This document shows, piece after piece, positions 1 to 8,501 of a stretch of 64,000 nucleotides of DNA. Positions within the stretch are counted from its first letter, which is position 1. Every line of letters starts with the position of its first letter. Origin of the DNA: Gammaproteobacteria bacterium (GTDB lineage: Bacteria > Pseudomonadota > Gammaproteobacteria > Eutrophobiales > Eutrophobiaceae); NCBI GenBank assembly GCA_965221695.1, contig OZ244905.1, positions 2,976,001 to 3,040,000 of the forward strand. Reading direction: 5' to 3'. The position numbers were made by a program, and so were the translations under genes. The notes beneath the pieces are model-generated. The model did no database searches. It was not told the DNA's origin and saw nothing but the letters and a program-made list of their open reading frames with translations.

Positions 1-1
1 C

Positions 2-193
2 GTGATACAAGGCGGCGCCGGCAGCGCGGTGAATGAATGTGTTGTCTCACTGGGTATTGATCAGCGTATCCTGAACTACGGCTTGCCGGACCTACTGCTG
101 CAACACGGCTCCCAGCAAGACATGCTGAATGAGGCAAAACTGACCAGAGAAGGGTTACTGGAGTATATTAAGGGCGCATTAAAACCCTCCTGA
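2..193 (+). CDS. dxs: 1-deoxy-D-xylulose-5-phosphate synthase, C-terminal fragment (runs off window start)
   Basis: GGAGSAVNE...GLPD...HG C-terminal motif typical of Dxs. Confidence 0.85.
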   Translation: MIQGGAGSAVNECVVSLGIDQRILNYGLPDLLLQHGSQQDMLNEAKLTREGLLEYIKGALKPS

Positions 194-210
194 TCCGGGC
201 TTCTCTTATA

Positions 211-410
211 CCAGCGGGAATCCGGTCAGATAATGTGTCGCCCGGGGGGCGACCGGTTGTTTCACTGGATTCCCACTTCCCAGCCTGCCCCCGTATGGCG
301 TTGAGCGGGGGCGGGAATGGGGTGGGGGGCGCTTGGGTGAACCCCGCTACCGTACCACTCCCGCGAAAGCGGGAGTCCAGTCAAATACTGGGTCGCCCGC
401 AGGGCGACTC
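211..410 (-). repeat. REP/BIME-like mosaic repeat, family 1, copy A
   Basis: ACTCCCGCGAAAGCGGGAGTCCAG and GTCGCCC..GGGCGAC hairpins; reverse complement aligns with copy at 38511-38695; lies between convergent dxs and ppd. Confidence 0.85.
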
Positions 411-1623
411 ATTTTATATGCGCCATCAAGCGGCGCAGGACATCGCTGGGTGATGTATCCGGGCGGGGCAGGTTGCCGGGTATGCCGGGCGCGATTCTCA
501 GGTGCGCGAAGCGAGGGCCATCCAGGTCTTTGTGGGCATATAATTTCCTGATCACGGCGAGGTCCGTCCCATCCATGGCCATGCTGTAGCCGCAGGCCGC
601 GGCGATATCGGCAAAACTGACGTTGGCCGAGACGGTGGCCTGGGCGCCGGTTGATTCATGCACGCCGTTATCCAGCAACAAGTGAGTCAGATTGCCCCGG
701 CCGTAGCTGCCGAGGGTGGCGAAATTGCCCATGCGCATCAGACCGGCCCCGTCGCCGTCCACCACGGTAACTTGCAGTTCGGGGCAGGCCAGGGATAGGC
801 CCAGGGCAAAGGCAGACGCGCATCCCATCGAACCGACCATGTAGAGCTGGTTGTCGCGGTCGTCGATGGCGAACAACTCCCGCCCGGTGTAACCTGTAGT
901 CCCGATCAGGACGGATGTATCTACCGGGGTATGGCTGATTATCTCCGTGAGCGCTTGCCTCCGGGTTAGTCCCGACGGCGTCCCCAGAATTCTCTTGTGA
1001 CCGAAAAGGCGCGCTTTGAATCGATGAGCGAGGCGGTTTAGACCCGCCGGCGTTCCCTCAATTCTGTTGCGGTGGCGCCAGACCGCGGATCGGTCGGGGA
1101 TGGAATCGCGTTGCAGCGCATGCGGCGCCACAGTTCCCTGCTCCATCAGCAGCGCGTAGGGTTTTTGCTGTTCGGCGCAATAGCGCTGCGCTCGCTCCAG
1201 TACCGGGCCGATGTCCTTTTCGGTGGCTGGGAACGGTTCCCACGGAATTTCCATCAGGTCGAACAGGTCGCCGGTGATCTTCCCCATCAGTTCATGCTGC
1301 GGTTCGTCCCGGCGTCCGGGCTTGCCGCGGTGGGTGACAATCAGCAATATCGGAATGGAAAAGGTCTGCGTCAGCGATGTCAGCGGATTCACCGCATTGC
1401 CCAGGCCCGAGTTCTGCATCATCGCTACCGCGGGCGCGCCGCCCGTGCATAAACCGGCAGCCGTGGCCACGGCATCGCCCTCATTGGCGGAAGAGATGTA
1501 GGCCAGGTTATCGTCATTGATCACGTAGTTGATGAACGGAGTCAGGTAGGAGCAAGGCACCCCAGTGTAATGGGAAAATCCGTGCTCCCGCGCCGCTTCG
1601 ATGAATGCCTCAGCGTCGATCAT
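409..1623 (-). CDS. aepY: phosphonopyruvate decarboxylase (Ppd)
   Basis: GVPCS, NEG, MQNSGLGNAVNPL, DEPQH and ThDP motif GDGA...N; directly downstream of PEP mutase. Confidence 0.95.
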   Translation of the reverse strand: MIDAEAFIEAAREHGFSHYTGVPCSYLTPFINYVINDDNLAYISSANEGDAVATAAGLCTGGAPAVAMMQNSGLGNAVNPLTSLTQTFSIPILLIVTHRGKPGRRDEPQHELMGKITGDLFDLMEIPWEPFPATEKDIGPVLERAQRYCAEQQKPYALLMEQGTVAPHALQRDSIPDRSAVWRHRNRIEGTPAGLNRLAHRFKARLFGHKRILGTPSGLTRRQALTEIISHTPVDTSVLIGTTGYTGRELFAIDDRDNQLYMVGSMGCASAFALGLSLACPELQVTVVDGDGAGLMRMGNFATLGSYGRGNLTHLLLDNGVHESTGAQATVSANVSFADIAAACGYSMAMDGTDLAVIRKLYAHKDLDGPRFAHLRIAPGIPGNLPRPDTSPSDVLRRLMAHIK

Positions 1624-1627
1624 TTCG

Positions 1628-3253
1628 CTAATCCGAAGTAAAATCCCCGGCGCGGTCGATATCGTTGACGTTGTTCACATCCAGCCAATGCCCGTTGATA
1701 TAGTGCACAGTGACCGGGCGGCCGTTTGTTGCCAGGTGGTTAAGCAGGTCCGGCAGGGTCAGCCTGTCATAGCCGGGCCGGGCTTCCAGTTCGTCCAGCG
1801 CCTGTTCCAACCATAGTTTACCCTGTGACCTGACCCGCATCATACCGGTCCAGCGGCCGCAGGGCGGATCCTGCTCGGCGCTCTCTTCGGATACCCGTTG
1901 CAGGCGAACATCCTGCATGAACATGGAACGGTCATCGGGCCGGTCGCACCAGGCATAGTCGGGTGTGCCGGTGATATCAGCCTCGTTGAGCAGGGAGTCG
2001 ACGACGATGACAATTTCGCCGTCCCGCTCCAGCAGGTCTTGCAGGATGTATGACCGAAACAGCAGGTCGCCGTATATGATCACCATGTCGTCGCTGAACT
2101 TGTCCCTGGCACAGGCCAGGGAATAGAGTTCTCCCGTGGTTTCGTAACGGGTATTGATGCGGATGTCGACCCCGCTGATATCCAGCGTTTCCGACTTGTA
2201 CCCGGCAATCACCGTGATGTCATTGACGAAGCGCTTTTTGAATTCGTCCACCAGTCGTTGCAGCAGCGGTTTGCCGCGGATTTTCAGCATCGCCTTGGGC
2301 CGGTCTTCGGTCAACTCGTAAAGGTTGTTGCCGCGACTCGCGGCCAGCACCAGCGCGCGGCAGTCCCCGGTTGCGTTCAGGTAGCGCTCCTGTGCCCACT
2401 GGAGCTCGTCCGCGCCCTGTAACTGGAAGATGCTGTCCACCTTGGTGATACGGTCTTCAACGCCGGTCAGGGTTTCTTGGGAGTAGATCTCCCTGCTGAC
2501 ATGTTCCATCGCCTTGACCGAGGCGCGGATCATATGGTTGGCCCAGATGACCAGGCTGATCCCGGCCTTGCGAAATACGTCCACCGGTGTGCTGTAGTAT
2601 TTCGTCGGGACGATGACCAGCGGACAGGCGCCATCCCAGGCTTCGGCAAATGCGAGCACTTCGTCCGCGCGCGCTTGTTTGCTGTGTATCAGGATGGCGT
2701 CGGCGCCGGCCTCGCAATAGGCGCTTGCCCGCTTCAGGGCTTCGTCCATGCCCCAGCCCGCGATCAATGCCTCCACGCGCGCGACGATGCAGAAGTCCGG
2801 ATCAAGCTGGCTGTCCTTGCCGGCCCGGATCTTGCCGCTGAACTCGTTGATGTCGGCCAGGGCCTGTTTGCCACTGTCGATGAAGCTGTTGGTCTTGGGA
2901 AATTCCTTGTCTTCGATGCAGACCCCGGCAATGCCTCGCTGTTCGAGTTTTCTCACCAGGCGCCGCATGTTGTTGAAGTTGCCGTAACCGGTATCGCCAT
3001 CCAGCAGGATCGGGATGTCCGTAGCGTCGGACATGAACTCCAGCATGTCCACGACCTGGGTCCAGCTTGCTTCGTTGCTGTCCCTGACGCAGAACTGCGC
3101 GGACATGGCCAGGCCACTCGCCCAGATCCCCTTGAAACCGGCCTGCTGCACGAGTTTTGCCGAGATTCCATTATGGGCTTCCAGGATAAACGCCAGTTCG
3201 GGCGATTCGAGCAGTTCCCGCAACTGTTTGCTTTTACTGAGCTTCTGCTTCAT
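1628..3253 (-). CDS. aepX: phosphoenolpyruvate mutase (PepM) fused to a C-terminal nucleotidyltransferase domain
   Basis: Diagnostic EDKxxxxxNS ([10 protein letters not shown]); C-terminal half starts ALVLAASRG...PKAML (NTP transferase). Confidence 0.95.
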   Translation of the reverse strand: MKQKLSKSKQLRELLESPELAFILEAHNGISAKLVQQAGFKGIWASGLAMSAQFCVRDSNEASWTQVVDMLEFMSDATDIPILLDGDTGYGNFNNMRRLVRKLEQRGIAGVCIEDKEFPKTNSFIDSGKQALADINEFSGKIRAGKDSQLDPDFCIVARVEALIAGWGMDEALKRASAYCEAGADAILIHSKQARADEVLAFAEAWDGACPLVIVPTKYYSTPVDVFRKAGISLVIWANHMIRASVKAMEHVSREIYSQETLTGVEDRITKVDSIFQLQGADELQWAQERYLNATGDCRALVLAASRGNNLYELTEDRPKAMLKIRGKPLLQRLVDEFKKRFVNDITVIAGYKSETLDISGVDIRINTRYETTGELYSLACARDKFSDDMVIIYGDLLFRSYILQDLLERDGEIVIVVDSLLNEADITGTPDYAWCDRPDDRSMFMQDVRLQRVSEESAEQDPPCGRWTGMMRVRSQGKLWLEQALDELEARPGYDRLTLPDLLNHLATNGRPVTVHYINGHWLDVNNVNDIDRAGDFTSD

Positions 3254-3993
3254 TTCGGGATACTATTCTCATATATTTCCGCAGCGCGCGCCATGTCTGC
3301 GGGAAAATCTATCTCAATCCAGTTGCGGCCGGTGATGTCCTCAACGTGGAACAGTTCAGGTGTTTCCCTGAGCAGGTCGCGGATCGCTTCCTCGTAGGGC
3401 GCTTCCTCCAGGTTATTTTCCAGGTACTCCTCCAATTTGCGCGCCAGCCGCGCTGATGTGGCGGCATCGAAACGGAAGAAGCCCACGGACTCGCCCTGGT
3501 AATCCCAGCTTATCGCCGGGTCAGGTATCTTCCTGAATTCCACCGGCGTGGCGCCGGCGATGCACAGTTTTACCGGCTCATCGCCGGGTTCGAAGTCCCG
3601 GTCCAGCAGAAAACAGTTGGCGGCGCGCGTGTCGAATAACCTGCCCAGGATTTCCGGTTCATACAACACATCGGCATCCATCAGGATGGTGTCGGTCCCG
3701 TCGGCGAGCAGTGCGGAAGCGCAGCGCAGACTCACGATACTGCCTTGCTCATAGTCCGGGTTGACGGTGGTTTCGATGGGCGCGCGGCTTTCGATCTGCG
3801 CCAACGCCGCGCCTATCTGCTCGTGCCGGTAACCTGTCACGATGAATATACGCTCAATGCCCAGTGTATTCAGGTTCTCAATATGCCGTTGCAGCAGAGT
3901 TTTTTCTCCGAACTGCAACAGACACTTGGGCCGTCCTGCGGCAGTATCCCCCAGGCGCTGCCCGCGCCCTGCGGCCAGGATGATCGCTTTCAT
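3250..3993 (-). CDS. phosphocholine/phosphonate cytidylyltransferase family (LicC/PntC-like)
   Basis: [14 protein letters not shown]...PKCLL, MDADV, WIEIDF; 4-bp overlaps with pgi and pepM. Confidence 0.9.
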   Translation of the reverse strand: MKAIILAAGRGQRLGDTAAGRPKCLLQFGEKTLLQRHIENLNTLGIERIFIVTGYRHEQIGAALAQIESRAPIETTVNPDYEQGSIVSLRCASALLADGTDTILMDADVLYEPEILGRLFDTRAANCFLLDRDFEPGDEPVKLCIAGATPVEFRKIPDPAISWDYQGESVGFFRFDAATSARLARKLEEYLENNLEEAPYEEAIRDLLRETPELFHVEDITGRNWIEIDFPADMARAAEIYENSIPK

Positions 3994-5654
3994 AAACGCG
4001 CCCGACGATATCTGTTCATCAATTGCTCCGTGGACGAGTCATGGGAGCCGGGCGCGGCGTCGCCGGCAAGTTCCCCGGCTATCTCTGCCGCCAGGGTCTT
4101 TCCCAGTTCCACGCCCCACTGATCGAAGGGGTTGATGCCCCAGATCGCGGCTTCCACGAAGGTTTTGTGCTCGTACAGGGCCAGCAGCATGCCCAGGGTG
4201 TACGGGTCCAGGCGATCATACAGGATGGTGGCGCTTGGGCGGTTACCGTCGAAGTGGCGGTGGGGTTCTGCCGTATTGGTACTGCCCCGCATCAGGGCTT
4301 CGCCCTGGGCCAGGCAGTTGGCGACTAACAGTTCGTGCTGTTTCATATCATGACGACTGCCCAGAGGCAGCAGAAAATCGATGGAGGCGACGCGCGCGCC
4401 CTGGTGTAGGAATTGGAAAACAGCATGTTGCGCCGGGCTGCCGACCCCGCCCCAGATCACCTGGGAGGTCTGCACGTCCAGCTTGCTGCCACCGGCGCCG
4501 ACCGACTTGCCGTTGCTCTCCATCACCAACTGGCCCAGGTAGGCCGGCAATCGCTCCAGCCTCTGGTCGTAGGGGATGATGGCATGCGTGCCGATGCCAA
4601 GAAAATTGTTGTGCCAGATACTGATCAAGCCCAGAATCACGGGGAGGTTGCCGCGGAGTTCGGCTGACGCAAAGTGCGTATCCAGCGCGTGCGCGCCGGC
4701 CAGGAACTGTTTGAATCGGGTTTCGCCGATGCTGATCACCGCGCTTGTGCCGATGCAGGACCAGATTGAATAGCGCCCGCCGGTCCAGTCCTCGATCCTG
4801 AAATAACGCGCTTCATCGATGCCGAAACGCGCCACCGCAGCGGCGTTGCCGGACACGGCCAGGAAGTGAAGTCTTGGGTCCGCGCAGCCATTGTCCCGCA
4901 GCCAGTCCTGCGCGCGCCGGGCATTGACCAGGGTTTCTGATGTGCTGAAGGACTTGGATGCAACAATGAACAGCGTTGTCTCCGGGTCGGCTTGCGCCAG
5001 CACGCGTTCGATATCAAACGGGTCGATATTGGCGACGAAATCAATGTCTATGCCATCTTCGTGGAATTCGGATAATGCCTCGACCAGCAGGCGCGGACCC
5101 AGGTCCGAACCGCCGATACCGATATTCACCACCTTGGTCAGGGGTTTTCCGCTGGCGCCACTGATTTCTCCGGCGCGCAAGCGTTGGATAAATGCGAACA
5201 TCCGCTCGCGTTCCTGCCGCGCCTGGAGGACTATCTCGGACAATTCATAGTTGTCTTTTGAATTGTGTGGTTGTCCTGTGGATTGTGTGGTTGTCCCATC
5301 AATTGTGTGGTTGTCCTGAATTAGGTGGGTATCATCGGGCTCCCGAAGCAAGGCATGCAGGGCAGGGCGGCGTTCTGTGGTGTTGATCGCGTGTCCTGAG
5401 AATAATTCGCTGATCCTGTCACGTAATCCGCGTTCTTGCGCCAGGTCCAGCAACAGCGCCAGGACCTCGTCGGTGATAAGATATTTTGAGAAATCGACAA
5501 AAATCCGCTCCAGGCCCAGTGCAAACCTCTGCGCTCGCCCGGGATCCCGCATAAACTCCTCGCACAACTGTAATCCGTCCAGTTGTTGCCGGCGCTCCGC
5601 CAACCGGCGCCAGGCCACAGTCTGCTCCGGTGTGATGTCGTTTTGTTTGGTCAT
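3990..5654 (-). CDS. pgi: glucose-6-phosphate isomerase (carries an in-frame repeat insertion)
   Basis: IGIGGSDLGP, ASKSFST, GGRYSIWS, MESNGK, FDQWGVELGK; start placed at ATG 5654. Confidence 0.95.
   Translation of the reverse strand: MTKQNDITPEQTVAWRRLAERRQQLDGLQLCEEFMRDPGRAQRFALGLERIFVDFSKYLITDEVLALLLDLAQERGLRDRISELFSGHAINTTERRPALHALLREPDDTHLIQDNHTIDGTTTQSTGQPHNSKDNYELSEIVLQARQERERMFAFIQRLRAGEISGASGKPLTKVVNIGIGGSDLGPRLLVEALSEFHEDGIDIDFVANIDPFDIERVLAQADPETTLFIVASKSFSTSETLVNARRAQDWLRDNGCADPRLHFLAVSGNAAAVARFGIDEARYFRIEDWTGGRYSIWSCIGTSAVISIGETRFKQFLAGAHALDTHFASAELRGNLPVILGLISIWHNNFLGIGTHAIIPYDQRLERLPAYLGQLVMESNGKSVGAGGSKLDVQTSQVIWGGVGSPAQHAVFQFLHQGARVASIDFLLPLGSRHDMKQHELLVANCLAQGEALMRGSTNTAEPHRHFDGNRPSATILYDRLDPYTLGMLLALYEHKTFVEAAIWGINPFDQWGVELGKTLAAEIAGELAGDAAPGSHDSSTEQLMNRYRRARL
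5242..5330. repeat. 20-bp-period tandem repeat (ATTGTGTGGTTGTCC core) inside pgi
   Basis: Units at 5261, 5281, 5301 plus degenerate flanking units. Confidence 0.85.
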
Positions 5655-5778
5655 AGGGGAAAATTCAACAATTATAGCCATAACTTCACATTAAGTGCTC
5701 TAAACTTCAGACGTTATTGAATTGCTGTAAATGCTACAGAACAAATGACATCAAGCTATGGGAGTGATACTTGTTTAG

Positions 5779-5805
5779 GGAACCTCTGATTAAGTCAGAG
5801 TTTCC
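5779..5805. mobile_element. 27-bp collapsed MITE, family 2
   Basis: GGAACCTCTGATTAAGTCAGAGTTTCC flanked by direct TTAG repeats (5775-5778, 5806-5809). Confidence 0.8.
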
Positions 5806-5881
5806 TTAGCTATACTGCGTGGGTGAAAGTTGATTTTGACAGTGTGCGCGAGGACAGTCAGACGGTATTGTCGCGCAAGTT

Positions 5882-7075
5882 TCAGAGGCGCCGATCTGCG
5901 TTTTGGCAGGCTTCGGAAAAAATCCGAACGGGTGGCCGGTAAATTCCACCACCGATACGGCCCTGTTTGCCCTCAATATCAAGCACACCGAGCGATATGA
6001 TCGGAGCGCTGTTTGTTTCCAACGTCCGCGTTGCAGTCAGGCCGAACAACACCTCGTTCTGCGTGAAGCCACCGTGCTTCCTGGCCAGGAGTTGATCCGG
6101 TAGAGTCAGCGCGTCATGAGGGATTACGGGGGCGAATAATTTCTGCTGGGCCGGCGCGAAGTTCAATGCCATCGCTCCCAGACCAAGCGCATCAATCAGC
6201 GCGCTGTCTCCAATCGCCCCCAGGGCATTGCCCGATGTAAATCCCTGGTTATAGATGGCATCTGGCGCTGCTGCGGGCGCCGTAAACCAGCGTCCGGGCA
6301 GTCCCGAAACCTGTAAACCGAACTCGATACCATTGCCCCCCATTGCTGTAATTACGCAACTTCCTTGCAGGCTTCTGGCTGCTTCCACGATGGTTTTTAC
6401 CGCGGCCATCCACAGGTTGAGAAAAAACGGTGGCGTGTTTTCAATGTAGTCGATAACTTGATGTGCATGCGCAATGCCGGCCAGACGGGTCTTTATTTGA
6501 TCTAAAAGCCGCAAAGTGGAGGCATATGTCCTGCCATGGCAGTCGTCACCCTCACTCAATCCAAAATCAGCTATCGGGATGAGTGAAATCCCTTCTTCAG
6601 GTATCGCCTGTCGCAGGACTTCACTGAAGCGACCATTCAACCAGCGCAAATGGTTGAGCACATCAGGATTGCACAGCCCAAACCGCAGAGCATGTTTCAT
6701 CCCTCCGTTGATGGCGCTGACTGCCTTCAGGCGGGGATTGTTTTCATCGGTAACAACCAGGACCGGCATTGAGGGAGAAAGCGTTGCCGCCAACGGTACC
6801 ATCGCACACAGATCCTGAGCCGGCCTCAGAGTCAGATCCCCGGCGAGCAGCATTTCTCGCGCTTGTTGCTTGTCATCTGCCCAGCCTTCATACAGGATTG
6901 CCATGACCGCGGAATTAACCATTGCTTCAGCCATATTTTCCGGATGCACTGGCGGCCCCGCATGCAGTATCATCCGCTCACCGATAGGAATCGCGTGATC
7001 AGCTCGCGTTATTCCCTTCCACACCGGATTGACATTTTCCATTACGTCCAGGGCTTGCAGATCATTCACATTCAC
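5882..7075 (-). CDS. DUF1116 (YlbE-like) protein
   Basis: ILHAGPP, GDDCHGR, FFLNLWMAA, GGNGIEFG, AIGDSA motifs. Confidence 0.8.
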   Translation of the reverse strand: MNVNDLQALDVMENVNPVWKGITRADHAIPIGERMILHAGPPVHPENMAEAMVNSAVMAILYEGWADDKQQAREMLLAGDLTLRPAQDLCAMVPLAATLSPSMPVLVVTDENNPRLKAVSAINGGMKHALRFGLCNPDVLNHLRWLNGRFSEVLRQAIPEEGISLIPIADFGLSEGDDCHGRTYASTLRLLDQIKTRLAGIAHAHQVIDYIENTPPFFLNLWMAAVKTIVEAARSLQGSCVITAMGGNGIEFGLQVSGLPGRWFTAPAAAPDAIYNQGFTSGNALGAIGDSALIDALGLGAMALNFAPAQQKLFAPVIPHDALTLPDQLLARKHGGFTQNEVLFGLTATRTLETNSAPIISLGVLDIEGKQGRIGGGIYRPPVRIFSEACQNADRRL

Positions 7076-7100
7076 GAAGATAAGACTGGTCCGAATTTAA

Positions 7101-7129
7101 GGAAGCTCTGACTTAATCTCAGAGGTTAC
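7101..7129. mobile_element. collapsed MITE, family 2; supplies the stop codon of the Rieske oxygenase
   Basis: TTAA-GGAAGCTCTGACTTAATCTCAGAGGTTAC-TTAG. Confidence 0.75.
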
Positions 7130-8477
7130 TTAGTTCTTTTACAAATTTGTCAATTTGCTGCTTTATTTGCTCAACTCTATCTGCTTGCTCCTGGTAATCG
7201 CCATTGATGATGATCTCTGTGATGCGTTTACCGATTTGCTTCAGAACAACCTGCTCATTTTCCTCACTGATGCCGGACACCTTGATCACCGTGTCATGAC
7301 AGTACGTGGGAATCGTTCCGTCCGGAAGACTCTTCACAGGCTGTTCCTCTGGTTTTCCGTCATTGAGGCAATCCACACTGCGCCGCAGGCGCTGACGTAA
7401 CTGCATTACGCCGCGATCGCCGAACGTCAGATGCTCCAGGTTGTGGTTGGCAATATTTCCCTGGGAAACCTGCGCATCATAATCTCCGGGTTCCTTTTGT
7501 CTGTCAGCGTAGGCCCGTTCTCCGGTCTGCCCAAAAAAGTCGACTTTTTCCAGACCACATTCAGTTTCATCATGCAGGCCGTCCGGGTTCTGGTCTTCAT
7601 TAAAATGGCGCCAACCGATTATCTTGCAGGTTTCATTATCCACGGGCGTCGTCCAGCGCGTGATGCCTACCCGTCCGATGTTTCCGAAATTCTTGAGACG
7701 TTCTCCCCCTTCCAATATGTATCCTACCTGAGCCAGATTAGGGAGAATGATGTCATTGGAACGAATCCAGACATGGTCTCCCTGGCGCCGTGTTGTGATA
7801 TAAATCATCCCTGTCGGTGTATCCTGCCATTGCAGGTCCGGCAACAGACCCCAGGTATCGGTAAAGTGGCTGAATGTCACGCGGGTGTGTAAAAATACCG
7901 CATGGACCGGATCCATCACATTTTCATGAACCTGCAGCCAGTTACAGGGATAAGTCAGACTGTACGGAACGAGTTTGTCCCCTGGAATCTCATAACTGTC
8001 GTATATCGGGAAATCGGGGATGTCTTCCGGCGGCCCGAAATAGCCAAAAACGAGTCCTTTATACTCGAGCGCGGGATAAGCAGGGTGGCATAATTGATTC
8101 TTGATTTTACTGGACGGTGGGTCACCCGGAGTATCCAGGAGCTGACCGTCAACCGCGAAATGCCAACCGTGGTAGCAGCACCTGATTCCTTGATCCGATG
8201 GAATTCCGAATTCAAGTGAAGATCCCCGGTGTGAGCAATGCCGCGCAAGGATCGCAACATCATTACGGCTGGTCCTGAAGACGACCAGTTCCTCCCCGAA
8301 CATCCGGAAAGCCTTGGGCGATACTTCTATCTCCGAACATAATGCCACGGGCTGCCAGACCCGCCGCAGAACCTCTCCCATGGGCGCCTTGTTTTCAACC
8401 GCGGTCAGAGTCAGATCAAGCTCGGGTTCAGTATGATAATAGCCGCCGAACGGTTGGGTGAGAAAAGCTTTTTTCAT
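7119..8477 (-). CDS. Rieske non-heme iron oxygenase, large subunit (phthalate 4,5-dioxygenase/LigX-like)
   Basis: CSHRG...CCYHGW Rieske motif; ENVMDPVHAVFLH mononuclear iron site. Confidence 0.9.
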   Translation of the reverse strand: MKKAFLTQPFGGYYHTEPELDLTLTAVENKAPMGEVLRRVWQPVALCSEIEVSPKAFRMFGEELVVFRTSRNDVAILARHCSHRGSSLEFGIPSDQGIRCCYHGWHFAVDGQLLDTPGDPPSSKIKNQLCHPAYPALEYKGLVFGYFGPPEDIPDFPIYDSYEIPGDKLVPYSLTYPCNWLQVHENVMDPVHAVFLHTRVTFSHFTDTWGLLPDLQWQDTPTGMIYITTRRQGDHVWIRSNDIILPNLAQVGYILEGGERLKNFGNIGRVGITRWTTPVDNETCKIIGWRHFNEDQNPDGLHDETECGLEKVDFFGQTGERAYADRQKEPGDYDAQVSQGNIANHNLEHLTFGDRGVMQLRQRLRRSVDCLNDGKPEEQPVKSLPDGTIPTYCHDTVIKVSGISEENEQVVLKQIGKRITEIIINGDYQEQADRVEQIKQQIDKFVKELSNL

Positions 8478-8501
8478 AAATACTCTGCGATGTCGGCGAG
8501 A

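Noticed and set aside
235-453. 72-aa ORF similar to the ORF at 38342-38626 (SLDSH..ATVPLPRKRESS)
   Set aside because: Both are translations of family 1 repeats, not a protein family
1628-3253. Could be isocitrate/methylisocitrate lyase
   Set aside because: Has the PepM motif EDKxxxxxNS, lacks KKCGH, and neighbours ppd
5242-5330. Possible mini CRISPR array
   Set aside because: 20-bp period with ~5-bp variable part, inside a CDS, no cas genes
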